From contig CAVUZH010000014.1 of NCBI GenBank assembly GCA_963745835.1, positions 416,001 through 480,000 on the forward strand: a stretch of 64,000 bases of DNA, given 5' to 3'. Made by a program: the position numbers and the translations under genes. The stretch is from an uncultured delta proteobacterium (lineage in GTDB: Bacteria; Desulfobacterota; Binatia; UBA9968). Under the pieces are notes generated by a model. The model did no database searches. It saw only the letters and a program-made list of their open reading frames with translations, and was not told where the DNA came from. Of the stretch, positions 43,239-52,633 are shown one piece after another (position 1 is the first letter of the stretch; the number at the start of each line of letters is the position of its first letter).

Positions 43239-43315
43239 TGGCGCGCCCGGAGGGATTTGAACCCCCAACCCTCAGATCCGAAGTCTGATGCTCTGTCCAG
43301 TTGAGCTACGGGCGC
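43239..43315 (-). tRNA. tRNA-Arg (anticodon UCG)
   Basis: GCGCCCGTAGCTCAACTGGACAGAGCATCAGACTTCGGATCTGAGGGTTGGGGGTTCAAATCCCTCCGGGCGCGCCA; cloverleaf with CCA. Confidence 0.97.
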
Positions 43316-43331
43316 CCTTAACCGTCAGGGA

Positions 43332-45122
43332 CTAATCAAAGTAAACTAAATCCAAACCTTTTTCAAAAAAGAAGCGATGCAACGATGGTGGGATCTGACG
43401 GTCGGTGAGAAATATGGAACGGTTGCGCAACCAAAATCCTGCCGTGCTTATGTTAACTCGATCTTTGTTGCCGTTATCGGCTGAAAACTTATGTTCGCGG
43501 TAAACGGTCTGATCGCGCAATTCCCCGAGGACTCGGGTGATTATCTCCTTCGCTGACATGGACGATAAATCAAGTTCAACCACCTTCATTCCTTGTCGTT
43601 GTTGCAAGGCTTTCTTGATTTCAGGTTGTACTTGGTGAAAGAAGAGCCCGATTCGCTGCCCTTTGGATTCGAATATGCGATCAGTCTGAGTTTCAAATCG
43701 AAGCCCCTCTCCCATTTCGACTGACTGCGGCTCGGCCACGCCGAAGGGTATTCCATAAGCTAGCAGCAAAGCGTCAATTTTCTCGGACTTTTCTCTGGGC
43801 CAAATCTTAACCTCTCCAGTTAATCTCGTGGTCTCATTCGTCGTTGTTTGCGGTTGAGAAGAAGAGGCCAAGACGACCTCCTTCAGATGAACCCCTTTTG
43901 CCGACAATTGCTCCTGCAGGTATTCGGGAATTTCATCTGCTTGATCAGTGACCGTGATGATGAAGATCTCCTGAGCTTTGCCGCTCTCTTCCGGAGCAGC
44001 GGCAATCCATGTTCCCATCGCTTCGAACGCAACATCGCCCTGCTGAATGCTGATCGGCCGATCACTTGGCAACGCCTGATACCCTAGGCGCGATAATAAT
44101 TGACTCACCGTCTCCTGAAGGTCGGCGCCCGTGGCGAGAGAGAACACCGATGTACCGGCATCGGGAGACTCAAAACTCTTGCGCAATGATGTTGGCAATC
44201 GCTCGCGTGTATCGAGAATTACTCTTTGTTGCAGCTTACGGTTTAACACAATCGGGTAAGAAGCTTTATCCAACCGAACCGTGCCGTTGGGTAAGGGAAA
44301 CACCTCGTCCCCATCACTCTCGACTTCGATCCCAACCGTATTCAGCACTTGTGCCAATAACGGCAGGTTTTCTTGCGCAAGAAGTCGCCTCGCATGATCC
44401 AAAGGCAGCGGCGCGCGCACAGGAGTTGGATTCTGAGGTGGTGCGATGGGCTCATACGATTGCGCCAACTTTTCCGTTCCCGGCGCCAACGATGATGCGT
44501 TCTGCGCCACCACGGCTCCGGTTTTATCCGCAGGAAGTTGGATAACCTCTCCTTCCTGCAAAACATCCCATTCCTTACGCTGTGGGTTCAGGTCTTTAAC
44601 CAGCGCGTAGTACGTCGCCAATTCCTTCTCGTCGGTAATTTTTAATTGCTCGCGCAGTATTTGATAGAGATGATTGCCCCGTTTCACCCGATAATCAGTT
44701 GTCAAGCCATTGCCGAGGGACTCGTTCAATTCCTTCCCACCGGCGGCAACAGTTGACGGCACAACAAGAACTTCGTCGGGCCGCATGGGGATAAAGAGAG
44801 TATCGCCGACCTTAAGCACGCTCGCGCTTTTCATTTGAGGATTGAGGGCTTGAACGACAATGACATACTGGCTGAATTTTCGTTGGGTTAATCCTCGTTC
44901 TTGAATCAGGATTCGCCACAGCGAATCGCCGGGACCGATCCGGCGATTTTCCCCTTGGACCATGGCTCCTTTGTACTCGCGCGTCTCGGCGGACTTGCGC
45001 AGGGTCAGTTGCGATTCAGCTCTGTCGAATTGTTCTTGCCCGAAAACATCGGCAACAAGCATTGCGGTGGAAAACGCGATCGAAACGAGGCCGAGGGCTT
45101 TGTCGGACAACGGATACTTCAT
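43332..45122 (-). CDS. Secreted LysM-domain protein
   Basis: Signal peptide; two LysM-like repeats (IGPGDSLWRI...LNPQ...LKVGDTLFIP; YRVKRGNHLY...LNPQ...LQEGEVIQLP). Confidence 0.85.
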   Translation of the reverse strand: MKYPLSDKALGLVSIAFSTAMLVADVFGQEQFDRAESQLTLRKSAETREYKGAMVQGENRRIGPGDSLWRILIQERGLTQRKFSQYVIVVQALNPQMKSASVLKVGDTLFIPMRPDEVLVVPSTVAAGGKELNESLGNGLTTDYRVKRGNHLYQILREQLKITDEKELATYYALVKDLNPQRKEWDVLQEGEVIQLPADKTGAVVAQNASSLAPGTEKLAQSYEPIAPPQNPTPVRAPLPLDHARRLLAQENLPLLAQVLNTVGIEVESDGDEVFPLPNGTVRLDKASYPIVLNRKLQQRVILDTRERLPTSLRKSFESPDAGTSVFSLATGADLQETVSQLLSRLGYQALPSDRPISIQQGDVAFEAMGTWIAAAPEESGKAQEIFIITVTDQADEIPEYLQEQLSAKGVHLKEVVLASSSQPQTTTNETTRLTGEVKIWPREKSEKIDALLLAYGIPFGVAEPQSVEMGEGLRFETQTDRIFESKGQRIGLFFHQVQPEIKKALQQRQGMKVVELDLSSMSAKEIITRVLGELRDQTVYREHKFSADNGNKDRVNISTAGFWLRNRSIFLTDRQIPPSLHRFFFEKGLDLVYFD

Positions 45123-46531
45123 CTAACCTTCCACGTAGTGCCGCCTCGAGTGTCTTCCACAACGATTCCTTTGGCGAGTAGTTCATTGCGAATACGATCC
45201 GCCTCACGCCAGTTCTTGTTCATTCGGGCCTGATCCCTGGCGGCAATTGCCTTCTGCACCTCCGCTTCCGCAAAGCCTTGTTGCCGCAGCCACCGTGCCT
45301 TCTTTCTGCTGAGAAATGCCTCTGGACCATCTTGCAACAGTCCAAGAGCATCGCACATGGTTTCCAACGCCGAAGCGCGTTCAGCGACGCCATCGTTCTG
45401 CTTAGAATCGAGCAAGCGATTGAGAGATCGAACCTCGTCAAAGATCAAAGCTAATGCTCGCGGCGTGTTAAAATCATCATCCATTTCCTGGCGAAAGCTA
45501 GACATCAATGAAGGGTCCGCAACCCTGTTCTGCCGGCTGGTTCCGGAACACGCAATCCGCTCAATCGTTTCATAGATTCTCTCGGCGGACCGTTCCGCTT
45601 CCTGAAGAACTTCCTTGGAGAAATCACCTGGACTCCGATAATGGCTAGTCAAGAACAACTGACGCACGGCAACCGGATCGTGCTCCTGTAAAATCTCCTC
45701 TATCGTAAAGTAGTTGCCTAACGACTTCGACATTTTCTCGCCGTTCACGGTCAGGAGCCCATTATGCATCCAGTAACGCGCCAGCGGCAAGCCGAATGCG
45801 CCCTCAGACTGGGCAATTTCATTTTCGTGATGCGGAAACATCAAGTCTCTGCCGCCGCCGTGGATGTCGAAGGGCTGGCCGAGATATTTGCTGCTCATCA
45901 CCGAACACTCGATATGCCAGCCCGGACGGCCCGGACCCCAGGGGCTTTCCCAACTAGGCTCGCCGGCCTTACTCGATTTCCAAAGAGCGAAATCCAGCGG
46001 CGATTTCTTGCGCTCATCGATTTCGACGCGAGCCCCCGCCTCCAACTCCTCGATCCTTTTGCGCGAAAGCCTGCCATAGCCAGGAAAACCCGGAACTGAA
46101 AAGAATACATCGCCGTCAATGCGGTAGGCCAGCTGACGCTCCTCGAGTTTTTGTATGAGCTCGATGATCTCTGCAATATGCAAGGTCGCCCGCGGCTCTA
46201 GGCTCGGCGGCAGCAATCCTAACGACTCGGCGTCCCGGTGAAATTCGTCAATATAGCGGTCGGTAACGGCTTTACAGCTAATTTTCTGGTCGTTGGCTTT
46301 ATTGATAATTTTATCGTCGACGTCGGTGAAATTGCGCACGAACTGCACGCGATAACCGCAAAATTTCAGATAGCGATAGATGGTATCGAAGGTCAGCAGT
46401 GAGCGCGCATGGCCGATGTGCGAGGAATCGTAAACCGTCACGCCGCACACGTACATCCGCACTTCTCCCGGGGTCAGTGGCACAAAATCTTCTTTTTCCC
46501 CGCTGAGTGTATTGAAAATTTTTAGCGACAT
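45119..46531 (-). CDS. cysS: Cysteine--tRNA ligase
   Basis: YVCGVTVYD, HIGH, PGWHIECS, HGGG.DL.FPHHENE, KMSKS. Confidence 0.98.
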   Translation of the reverse strand: MSLKIFNTLSGEKEDFVPLTPGEVRMYVCGVTVYDSSHIGHARSLLTFDTIYRYLKFCGYRVQFVRNFTDVDDKIINKANDQKISCKAVTDRYIDEFHRDAESLGLLPPSLEPRATLHIAEIIELIQKLEERQLAYRIDGDVFFSVPGFPGYGRLSRKRIEELEAGARVEIDERKKSPLDFALWKSSKAGEPSWESPWGPGRPGWHIECSVMSSKYLGQPFDIHGGGRDLMFPHHENEIAQSEGAFGLPLARYWMHNGLLTVNGEKMSKSLGNYFTIEEILQEHDPVAVRQLFLTSHYRSPGDFSKEVLQEAERSAERIYETIERIACSGTSRQNRVADPSLMSSFRQEMDDDFNTPRALALIFDEVRSLNRLLDSKQNDGVAERASALETMCDALGLLQDGPEAFLSRKKARWLRQQGFAEAEVQKAIAARDQARMNKNWREADRIRNELLAKGIVVEDTRGGTTWKVR

Positions 46532-46630
46532 ATGAAGGAATTCTCAATGTTACGGATCAGATCCGGATTTGCAAGCAATTTCGCGCAGCCCGCTTGCTAA
46601 TGCGAGGAAAAGAGCATAGACAAAAAATCT

Positions 46631-48286
46631 ATGAATTTTGCTAAACCTTATGAGGACTTAAGAGAGTTTATCGCCGCACTCGACGCTCACGACAAACTGT
46701 ACCGAATTCATCGAGAGATAAATAAAGACAGCGAATTGCAACCGTTGGTACGCTGGCAGTTTCGCGGCCTACCCGAAGAAGCGCGCCGCGGCTTTCTCTT
46801 CGACAATGTCACGGATGGAAAAGGACGCAAATACCATTGCCGCGTGTTAGTCGGCGGTCTCGCCGGCTCGGAAGCGATCTACTGTCTGGGGCTGAAGTGC
46901 CAGCCCGATGAGGTTGCCGATCGCTGGCTATACGCCATGGATCATCCCATTGATCCGATCATTGTCGGCTCCGGATCTTGCCAGGAGGAGGTCCACACAG
47001 GAGACGATCTTCTGTCCCAGGGCGGTCTGCTGGAGTTTGCGATCCCGATGTCCACACCGGGATTCGACAATGGTCCTTATATCACCGCCGGCCACTGGAT
47101 CACCAAAGATCCCGAGACCGGCAGGAGGAACGTCGGCAATTATCGCGGCTTGATCAAAGGACCTGCGCTGAGTGGACTTATGTCGGGAACGCCGCAGGAC
47201 TTGTCCTCGCATTGGGAAAAATGCCGCAAGGTCGGAAAGCCTTTGGAGGTTGCTATCGTTGTCGGCACAGTTCCGGCCGTATCTTATTGCGCGACCCAAA
47301 AGGTACCGCCGGACGTCGATGAAATTGCATTGGCGGGAGGCCTCACAGGCGCCCCGGTGAAGCTAGTGAAATGCAAGACCGTGGATCTGGAGGTGCCTGC
47401 CACCGCCGAAATTGTTTTGGAAGGCATCATTCCGACCAACTATATGGAGGAAGAAGGTCCTTACGGCGAGTCGATGGGTTATGTCGACCCTAGAACGTTG
47501 AGCACGATGTTCGAGTTGAAGTGCGTTACGCATCGCAAGGATCCCATCTGGGTGTCGATCATCAGCCAGGTCACTCCAAGCGAAAGTTCCAAGATTAAAG
47601 CGATGGGAATGTCGACTTTGGTCAAACGGTTCATCGTCAGCAAAGGCTTCGACTGCGTCCGCGAGGTTCACATGATCGAGCCCTTGGTGAACCTGCGGCC
47701 GTACGTTGCGGTCAGTTTGAAAAAACGGAACGACGAAGATCCTTGGGGAGTCATGCAGGCTGTCCTGGACTATGGCGACCGTGTTGGAAAGATGATCGTT
47801 GCGGTCGATGAGGACATAAACGTCAAAGATCCTATCGCGGTCAATTGGGCCATCACACATCGCTCGCAACCTCATAAGGATATCAAAATTGTCGGCGACC
47901 GGCCGTTCGGCGCCACGCCTATCGGCATGGTAGCAACGCATTCCTCGAGCCGTTATGACAATTGCGAGTCCTCGTTGCTGATCGACGCCACCCGCAAGGC
48001 TGACTTCCCGCCCCTATCGCTGCCGAAGAAAGAATTCATGGTCCGGGCGAAGGAGATTTGGGAAGAGCTGGGCCTGCCGAAACTTGAACCGCAGGAACCA
48101 TGGCATGGCTACTTGATGGGTCTATGGCCGGAAGATCTAGAAGAAGAAGCCGAGCTGGCAGCACAGAGCGAACATGAAAAAGTATGGGAGAAGCTGCGCC
48201 AAACTCGAGTTCAGGTAGGGGAAGGTGAGACATTAAAATCGATGCGCGCCAAATGGGGTAAATCCCACACCGGACGCTCGGAATAG
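46631..48286 (+). CDS. UbiD-family (prFMN-dependent) decarboxylase
   Basis: DLREFI, RNVGNYR, VPATAEIVLEG, EEEGPYGESMGY, VDEDINV, IDATRK. Confidence 0.93.
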   Translation: MNFAKPYEDLREFIAALDAHDKLYRIHREINKDSELQPLVRWQFRGLPEEARRGFLFDNVTDGKGRKYHCRVLVGGLAGSEAIYCLGLKCQPDEVADRWLYAMDHPIDPIIVGSGSCQEEVHTGDDLLSQGGLLEFAIPMSTPGFDNGPYITAGHWITKDPETGRRNVGNYRGLIKGPALSGLMSGTPQDLSSHWEKCRKVGKPLEVAIVVGTVPAVSYCATQKVPPDVDEIALAGGLTGAPVKLVKCKTVDLEVPATAEIVLEGIIPTNYMEEEGPYGESMGYVDPRTLSTMFELKCVTHRKDPIWVSIISQVTPSESSKIKAMGMSTLVKRFIVSKGFDCVREVHMIEPLVNLRPYVAVSLKKRNDEDPWGVMQAVLDYGDRVGKMIVAVDEDINVKDPIAVNWAITHRSQPHKDIKIVGDRPFGATPIGMVATHSSSRYDNCESSLLIDATRKADFPPLSLPKKEFMVRAKEIWEELGLPKLEPQEPWHGYLMGLWPEDLEEEAELAAQSEHEKVWEKLRQTRVQVGEGETLKSMRAKWGKSHTGRSE

Positions 48287-48288
48287 CC

Positions 48289-48858
48289 ATGAAGAAGAAC
48301 GTCACTTTTACCGTCAACGGTGAGGAACACGAGGTTGAAATAGAGTCAAACCGGCTCCTGCTTCAAGTCCTCAGGGATACGCTGGGTTTGACTGGAACGA
48401 AGGAAGGCTGCTCCATCGGAGTCTGCGGCGCATGCAGTGTCATTGTCGACGGCCGGGTCGTGAGCTCGTGTCTGACATTGGCGGCCGGCTGCGCCGGAAA
48501 AGAGATCCAAACCATCGAAGGTCTCGCCAAGAATGGCAAGCTCCATCCGTTGCAGCAGGCTTTCATCGAATACGGCGGCTTTCAATGCGGCATCTGCACT
48601 CCCGGACAGATCATGGCTGCGAAGTCTCTATTGGATGAAAACCCCACGCCAACAGAAGACGAAGTCAAAGAATGGATGTCGGGCAATCTCTGCCGCTGCA
48701 CCGGCTACTATAAAATTCTCGAAGCCGTGATGGCGGTAGTTAATAACAAGATCGATCCCGATTTCGCATTTCGAAAACGCGAGCAGACCGCCAAAATTCA
48801 AAGCCTGGACGTTTACAAAGCGGTCGCAAAGACACCTCACTCACACAAAGGTGAGTGA
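48289..48858 (+). CDS. Mo-hydroxylase 2Fe-2S subunit (CoxS-like)
   Basis: GTKEGCSIGVCGACSV, QCGICTPG, GNLCRCTGY. Confidence 0.95.
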   Translation: MKKNVTFTVNGEEHEVEIESNRLLLQVLRDTLGLTGTKEGCSIGVCGACSVIVDGRVVSSCLTLAAGCAGKEIQTIEGLAKNGKLHPLQQAFIEYGGFQCGICTPGQIMAAKSLLDENPTPTEDEVKEWMSGNLCRCTGYYKILEAVMAVVNNKIDPDFAFRKREQTAKIQSLDVYKAVAKTPHSHKGE

Positions 48859-48970
48859 GCGCCCTGAGCGCTGCCAAGAAAGTCAATCCAAGTGAAAGGA
48901 TCGACCTGAGCGAACCGGTCACAAGGATCGCATATAGACCTCCTACGAAATTATAAAGAGATCGTAACCT

Positions 48971-51268
48971 ATGGCAAAAGCAGAAAAGTTCTCGGTCGTC
49001 GGCCGGCGCGTTCAGCGAGTCGAAGGCTTCGACAAGGTCACTGGTGATTCGAAATTCATCGCGGATGTCTTTCTTCCCAATATGCTTGTCGGAAAAGTGC
49101 TGCGCAGCCCATTCCCCCATGCGCGGATCCGCAGCATCGACACCCGCAAGGCGGAAAAAGTTCGCGGGGTGCGCGCCGTGGTCACCGCTGAAGATACCAT
49201 CAAGCGACCCTGGGGCGCGTTTTTTGCCGATCAGTATATTCTTTCGGTCGGAAAGACTCGTTACGTTGGCGAAGAAGTCGCCGCAGTCGCGGCCATAGAT
49301 CCCGACATTGCCGAAGAGGCCATCGATCTGATCGAGGTCGATTGGGAACCGCTGCCCGGGGTCTTCGACGCCGAAGAAGCGATGCAAGACGGCGCCCCGC
49401 TGGTGCATGATGACAAGTCCAACAACATTGCAATGACGATGGACATCGAACGCGGCAATATCGCCCAAGCGTTCGCCGAGTCCGATGTGATAGTCGAAGA
49501 TACATTTCAGAGCATGCCGCAATGGCACTGCTCTATCGAGACCATCGGTAGCGTTGCCGAATATTCGCCTAACGGCAAATACACGATCTACATGAACACT
49601 CAAACCTTGTTTAACGCGCGTTACCGAATTGCCACCGCGCTGGGCGTGCCGGAGACCGATGTCCGGATCATACAGAGCGCGGTGGGCGGCGGCTTCGGCG
49701 GCAAGTCCTGCGATGACAACAATGCATTGGTCGCAGCGGTTCTATCGTGCAAAGCCGGCAAACCGGTAAAGCTTATCAACACGCGTGAGGAAGAATTCCT
49801 GGCGGGCTGCCGTCCGCGGGTTTTCATGAAGATCAATGTCAAGCTGGGCTTCAAAAAAGACGGTCGCATCCGCGCCAAGCACATCAAGGTGATCGCCGAT
49901 AACGGCGCCTATTCGGCGAAAGCGCCGGCAATCACTGGAGTAGCGGCCATGCGCCATGACACCTGTTATAAATATTCGGATGTCAAAACCGAAGCTTATC
50001 TGGTCTATACCAACAAAATTCCAACCGGCGCGTTTCGTGGATTCGGCAACCCGTCAGCCGAATGGGCGGTCGAGCAGGCGATCGATTTGGGCGCTCATGA
50101 GCTTGGCATAGATCCCATCGAAATCGCTCGTATCAATGCGGCCGAAACCGGCTACGTCTCGCCGCACGGCAACCGGGTCACCAGCTGCGAGTTGAAGCAG
50201 TGTCTCGATATGGCGGAGAAGATGATCGATTGGAAAACGCAGCGCGGCACCAGGGAGCCGAATACCGGCTTGGGGCTGGCATGCACGGTGCACGTAAGCG
50301 GCAAGCGTCACTTCGGCGACTATGATGGAAGTTCCGCAACGATCAAGCTGAACGAAGACGGCAAAGCGTTGATCCTCAGCGGCGAAGGTGAATGCGGGCA
50401 GGGAGTCCATACCGCGATGTGCCAGATTGCCGCTGAAGAATTGGGACTGCCGGTTGAAGACGTGGAGATCTCTCGCGCCGACACCGATTTGACGACGTTC
50501 TGTCTAGGCGCTTTTGCCAGCCGGCTCACCTACGTCAGCGGCAATGCGGTAAAAAACGCCGCCGCCAACGTCAAGCAACAACTATTTCAGCAAGCAGCTG
50601 AAATGCTCGAAGCCAATGCCGAAGACCTCGTTTCTAACGACGGGCGCATATTCGTGGCGGGCACCCAAGGGAAATCAGTGTCCGTAGCCGACGTCGCTCG
50701 AGCACGCCTGTTTCGCCATAATGGCGCGCCGATCGTCGGCTCAGGCAGCTTCGATGCCGATTCCGTTTTGCCGGACAGCACGCGTTTCGGCAACGAATCG
50801 GGCGCGTACAATTACGGCGTTCAGGCAGCTCAGGTTCGCGTCGATCCGGAAACCGGACAGGTCGAAATATTGAAATTTGTCATCGCATCCGACTGTGGCA
50901 CCGTCATCTATCCTCTGGGCGCCGAAGGGCAAGTGGAAGGCGGATTATCGCAGGGGATTGGCTATGCACTCACGGAAGGTTTGCAAATCGATGAAGGCAA
51001 ACCGGTCAATCCAAACTTTTCTGATTACCGCATTCCGTCGATGCGAGACATGCCGCCGCTTCAGCATGCATTCGCGGAGTCCTACGAGCCGACCGGCCCT
51101 TTTGGCGCCAAAGGATTGGGAGAGTTGAATATGGATCCGACAGCGGCGGTCATCAGCAATGCCATCTTCGATGCCGTCGGAGTGCGCATTAGGACGCTGC
51201 CGATCACGCCGGAGAAGATCCTTCGCGCCCTACAAAAAAAACGCGCCGGAGAAAGCGCCAAGCCATGA
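48971..51268 (+). CDS. Xanthine dehydrogenase-family molybdopterin-binding subunit
   Basis: GGGFGGK, AFRGFG, GQG, GAFASR, GAKGLGE. Confidence 0.95.
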   Translation: MAKAEKFSVVGRRVQRVEGFDKVTGDSKFIADVFLPNMLVGKVLRSPFPHARIRSIDTRKAEKVRGVRAVVTAEDTIKRPWGAFFADQYILSVGKTRYVGEEVAAVAAIDPDIAEEAIDLIEVDWEPLPGVFDAEEAMQDGAPLVHDDKSNNIAMTMDIERGNIAQAFAESDVIVEDTFQSMPQWHCSIETIGSVAEYSPNGKYTIYMNTQTLFNARYRIATALGVPETDVRIIQSAVGGGFGGKSCDDNNALVAAVLSCKAGKPVKLINTREEEFLAGCRPRVFMKINVKLGFKKDGRIRAKHIKVIADNGAYSAKAPAITGVAAMRHDTCYKYSDVKTEAYLVYTNKIPTGAFRGFGNPSAEWAVEQAIDLGAHELGIDPIEIARINAAETGYVSPHGNRVTSCELKQCLDMAEKMIDWKTQRGTREPNTGLGLACTVHVSGKRHFGDYDGSSATIKLNEDGKALILSGEGECGQGVHTAMCQIAAEELGLPVEDVEISRADTDLTTFCLGAFASRLTYVSGNAVKNAAANVKQQLFQQAAEMLEANAEDLVSNDGRIFVAGTQGKSVSVADVARARLFRHNGAPIVGSGSFDADSVLPDSTRFGNESGAYNYGVQAAQVRVDPETGQVEILKFVIASDCGTVIYPLGAEGQVEGGLSQGIGYALTEGLQIDEGKPVNPNFSDYRIPSMRDMPPLQHAFAESYEPTGPFGAKGLGELNMDPTAAVISNAIFDAVGVRIRTLPITPEKILRALQKKRAGESAKP

Positions 51269-52125
51269 TCAGATTCGACTACTTGGAGCCGGCTACTCTA
51301 TCCGAGGCTTTTTCACTTCTGCAACAACACGGGGATAATGCCCGGGTGATTGCCGGCGGCACTTCCCTGATCATCTGGATGCGCCAACGTTTGCTGATGC
51401 CCAAGATGGTAATCGGCCTCGGGCGAATTCCTGAATTCGATACCATTACATTCGACCGACGAGAGGGTCTGCGCATCGGCGCCGGCGCGCGACACCGCGA
51501 TATCGAGCTTTCGCCGGCTGTGAAGCAACATTATCCCCTACTCCACGAGACCTTTCGCAAAGTCGCGCAGCCCAGAATTCGCAACATGGGAACCATCGGC
51601 GGCAATTTAGCCGGTGGCGACCCATTGACAGATCCGGGCGCGAGCCTGATTGCTCTGGATGCGGAACTCACGTTGGCCAACAGCAATGCAACGAGAACCG
51701 TGTCCGTAGAGGATTTTTTTGTCGATTACTATCAGACTGCGCTAGAACCGGGCGAGCTGTTGACTGAAATCCGCGTCCCACCACCTCAACGGCCCGGCTG
51801 GTCTCATATTAAGTTCACCCCTCGCAGCGTAGAAGATTTTGCAACGGTCGGCGTGGCCATGACGCTGCGCGGCAAGGCGGGCTCCTGCGAAGATGTGCGG
51901 CTGGCGCTCAACTCCGTGGCTTCCACTATCGTCCGGGCCAAACGCGCCGAAGATGTCTTACGCGGACAGCGCCTTTCAGACGATCTCCTCCGAGAAGCCG
52001 GCGAGATTGCCGCAACCGAGGTCGATCCGATGGACGATAATCGCGGCTCGGCCGATTATAAGCGTGATCTGGTGAAAGTGCTCGTGCGCCGCGCCGCTGA
52101 ACAAGCCATCCAGCGCCTTGGTTGA
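51265..52125 (+). CDS. Mo-hydroxylase FAD-binding subunit (CoxM-like)
   Basis: IAGGTSL, IRNMGTIGGNL. Confidence 0.95.
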   Translation: MIRFDYLEPATLSEAFSLLQQHGDNARVIAGGTSLIIWMRQRLLMPKMVIGLGRIPEFDTITFDRREGLRIGAGARHRDIELSPAVKQHYPLLHETFRKVAQPRIRNMGTIGGNLAGGDPLTDPGASLIALDAELTLANSNATRTVSVEDFFVDYYQTALEPGELLTEIRVPPPQRPGWSHIKFTPRSVEDFATVGVAMTLRGKAGSCEDVRLALNSVASTIVRAKRAEDVLRGQRLSDDLLREAGEIAATEVDPMDDNRGSADYKRDLVKVLVRRAAEQAIQRLG

Positions 52126-52158
52126 CCCGTTTTCCGGCAGACGTTAGTTTAAAAATAT

Positions 52159-52633
52159 ATGAAGAAGACGATACGCGTTACAGTTAACGGGCGGTTGTAT
52201 GAAGAAGACGTCGAGCCGCGCATTCTTGCTGTCGCATTTTCTGCGCGAAACGATCGGCTTAACCGGCACCCACGTTGGCTGCGTCGTCGGCGAATGCGGC
52301 GCGTGCTCGGTTCTTCTCGATGACAAGCTGATTAAATCTTGTCTCCACTTTGCGGTGCAGGCGGACGGCTGCAGTGTGACCACAATCGAGGGATTGGCCA
52401 AAGACGGTCAGCTGAGTGTAATTCAAGAAGCGTTCGTTAAGCATTACGCCTTACAGTGCGGTTACTGCACCCCCGGGATGGTGATGGCAAGCCATGCGCT
52501 GTTGCGCGATCATCCCCAGCCCACCGAAGAAGAAATTCGCAAAGCGCTCGGCGGCAATCTATGCATGTGCACCGGCTATGTGCAGATTGTCGAAGCCGTA
52601 AAGGACGCCGCAAAAGGATCCACCCATGCCTGA
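52159..52633 (+). CDS. Second 2Fe-2S subunit (1-nt frameshift near 52222)
   Basis: [21 protein letters not shown] then shift to FLLSHFLRE...[11 protein letters not shown]...QCGYCTPG...NLCMCTGY. Confidence 0.9.

Larger units (their letters stand above)
6670..43283. mobile_element. Genomic island / degraded integrative element at tRNA-Arg(UCG), ~36.6 kb
   Basis: Direct att repeats at both ends, integrase near one end, paired arm-type repeats, phage remnants, patchy accessory cargo. Confidence 0.88.

Noticed and set aside
52158-52210. Direct repeat TATGAAGAAGACG giving an alternative start at 52199
   Set aside because: The conserved N-terminus (TVNG...VEPR) starts at 52159; the second copy is internal coding sequence in another frame
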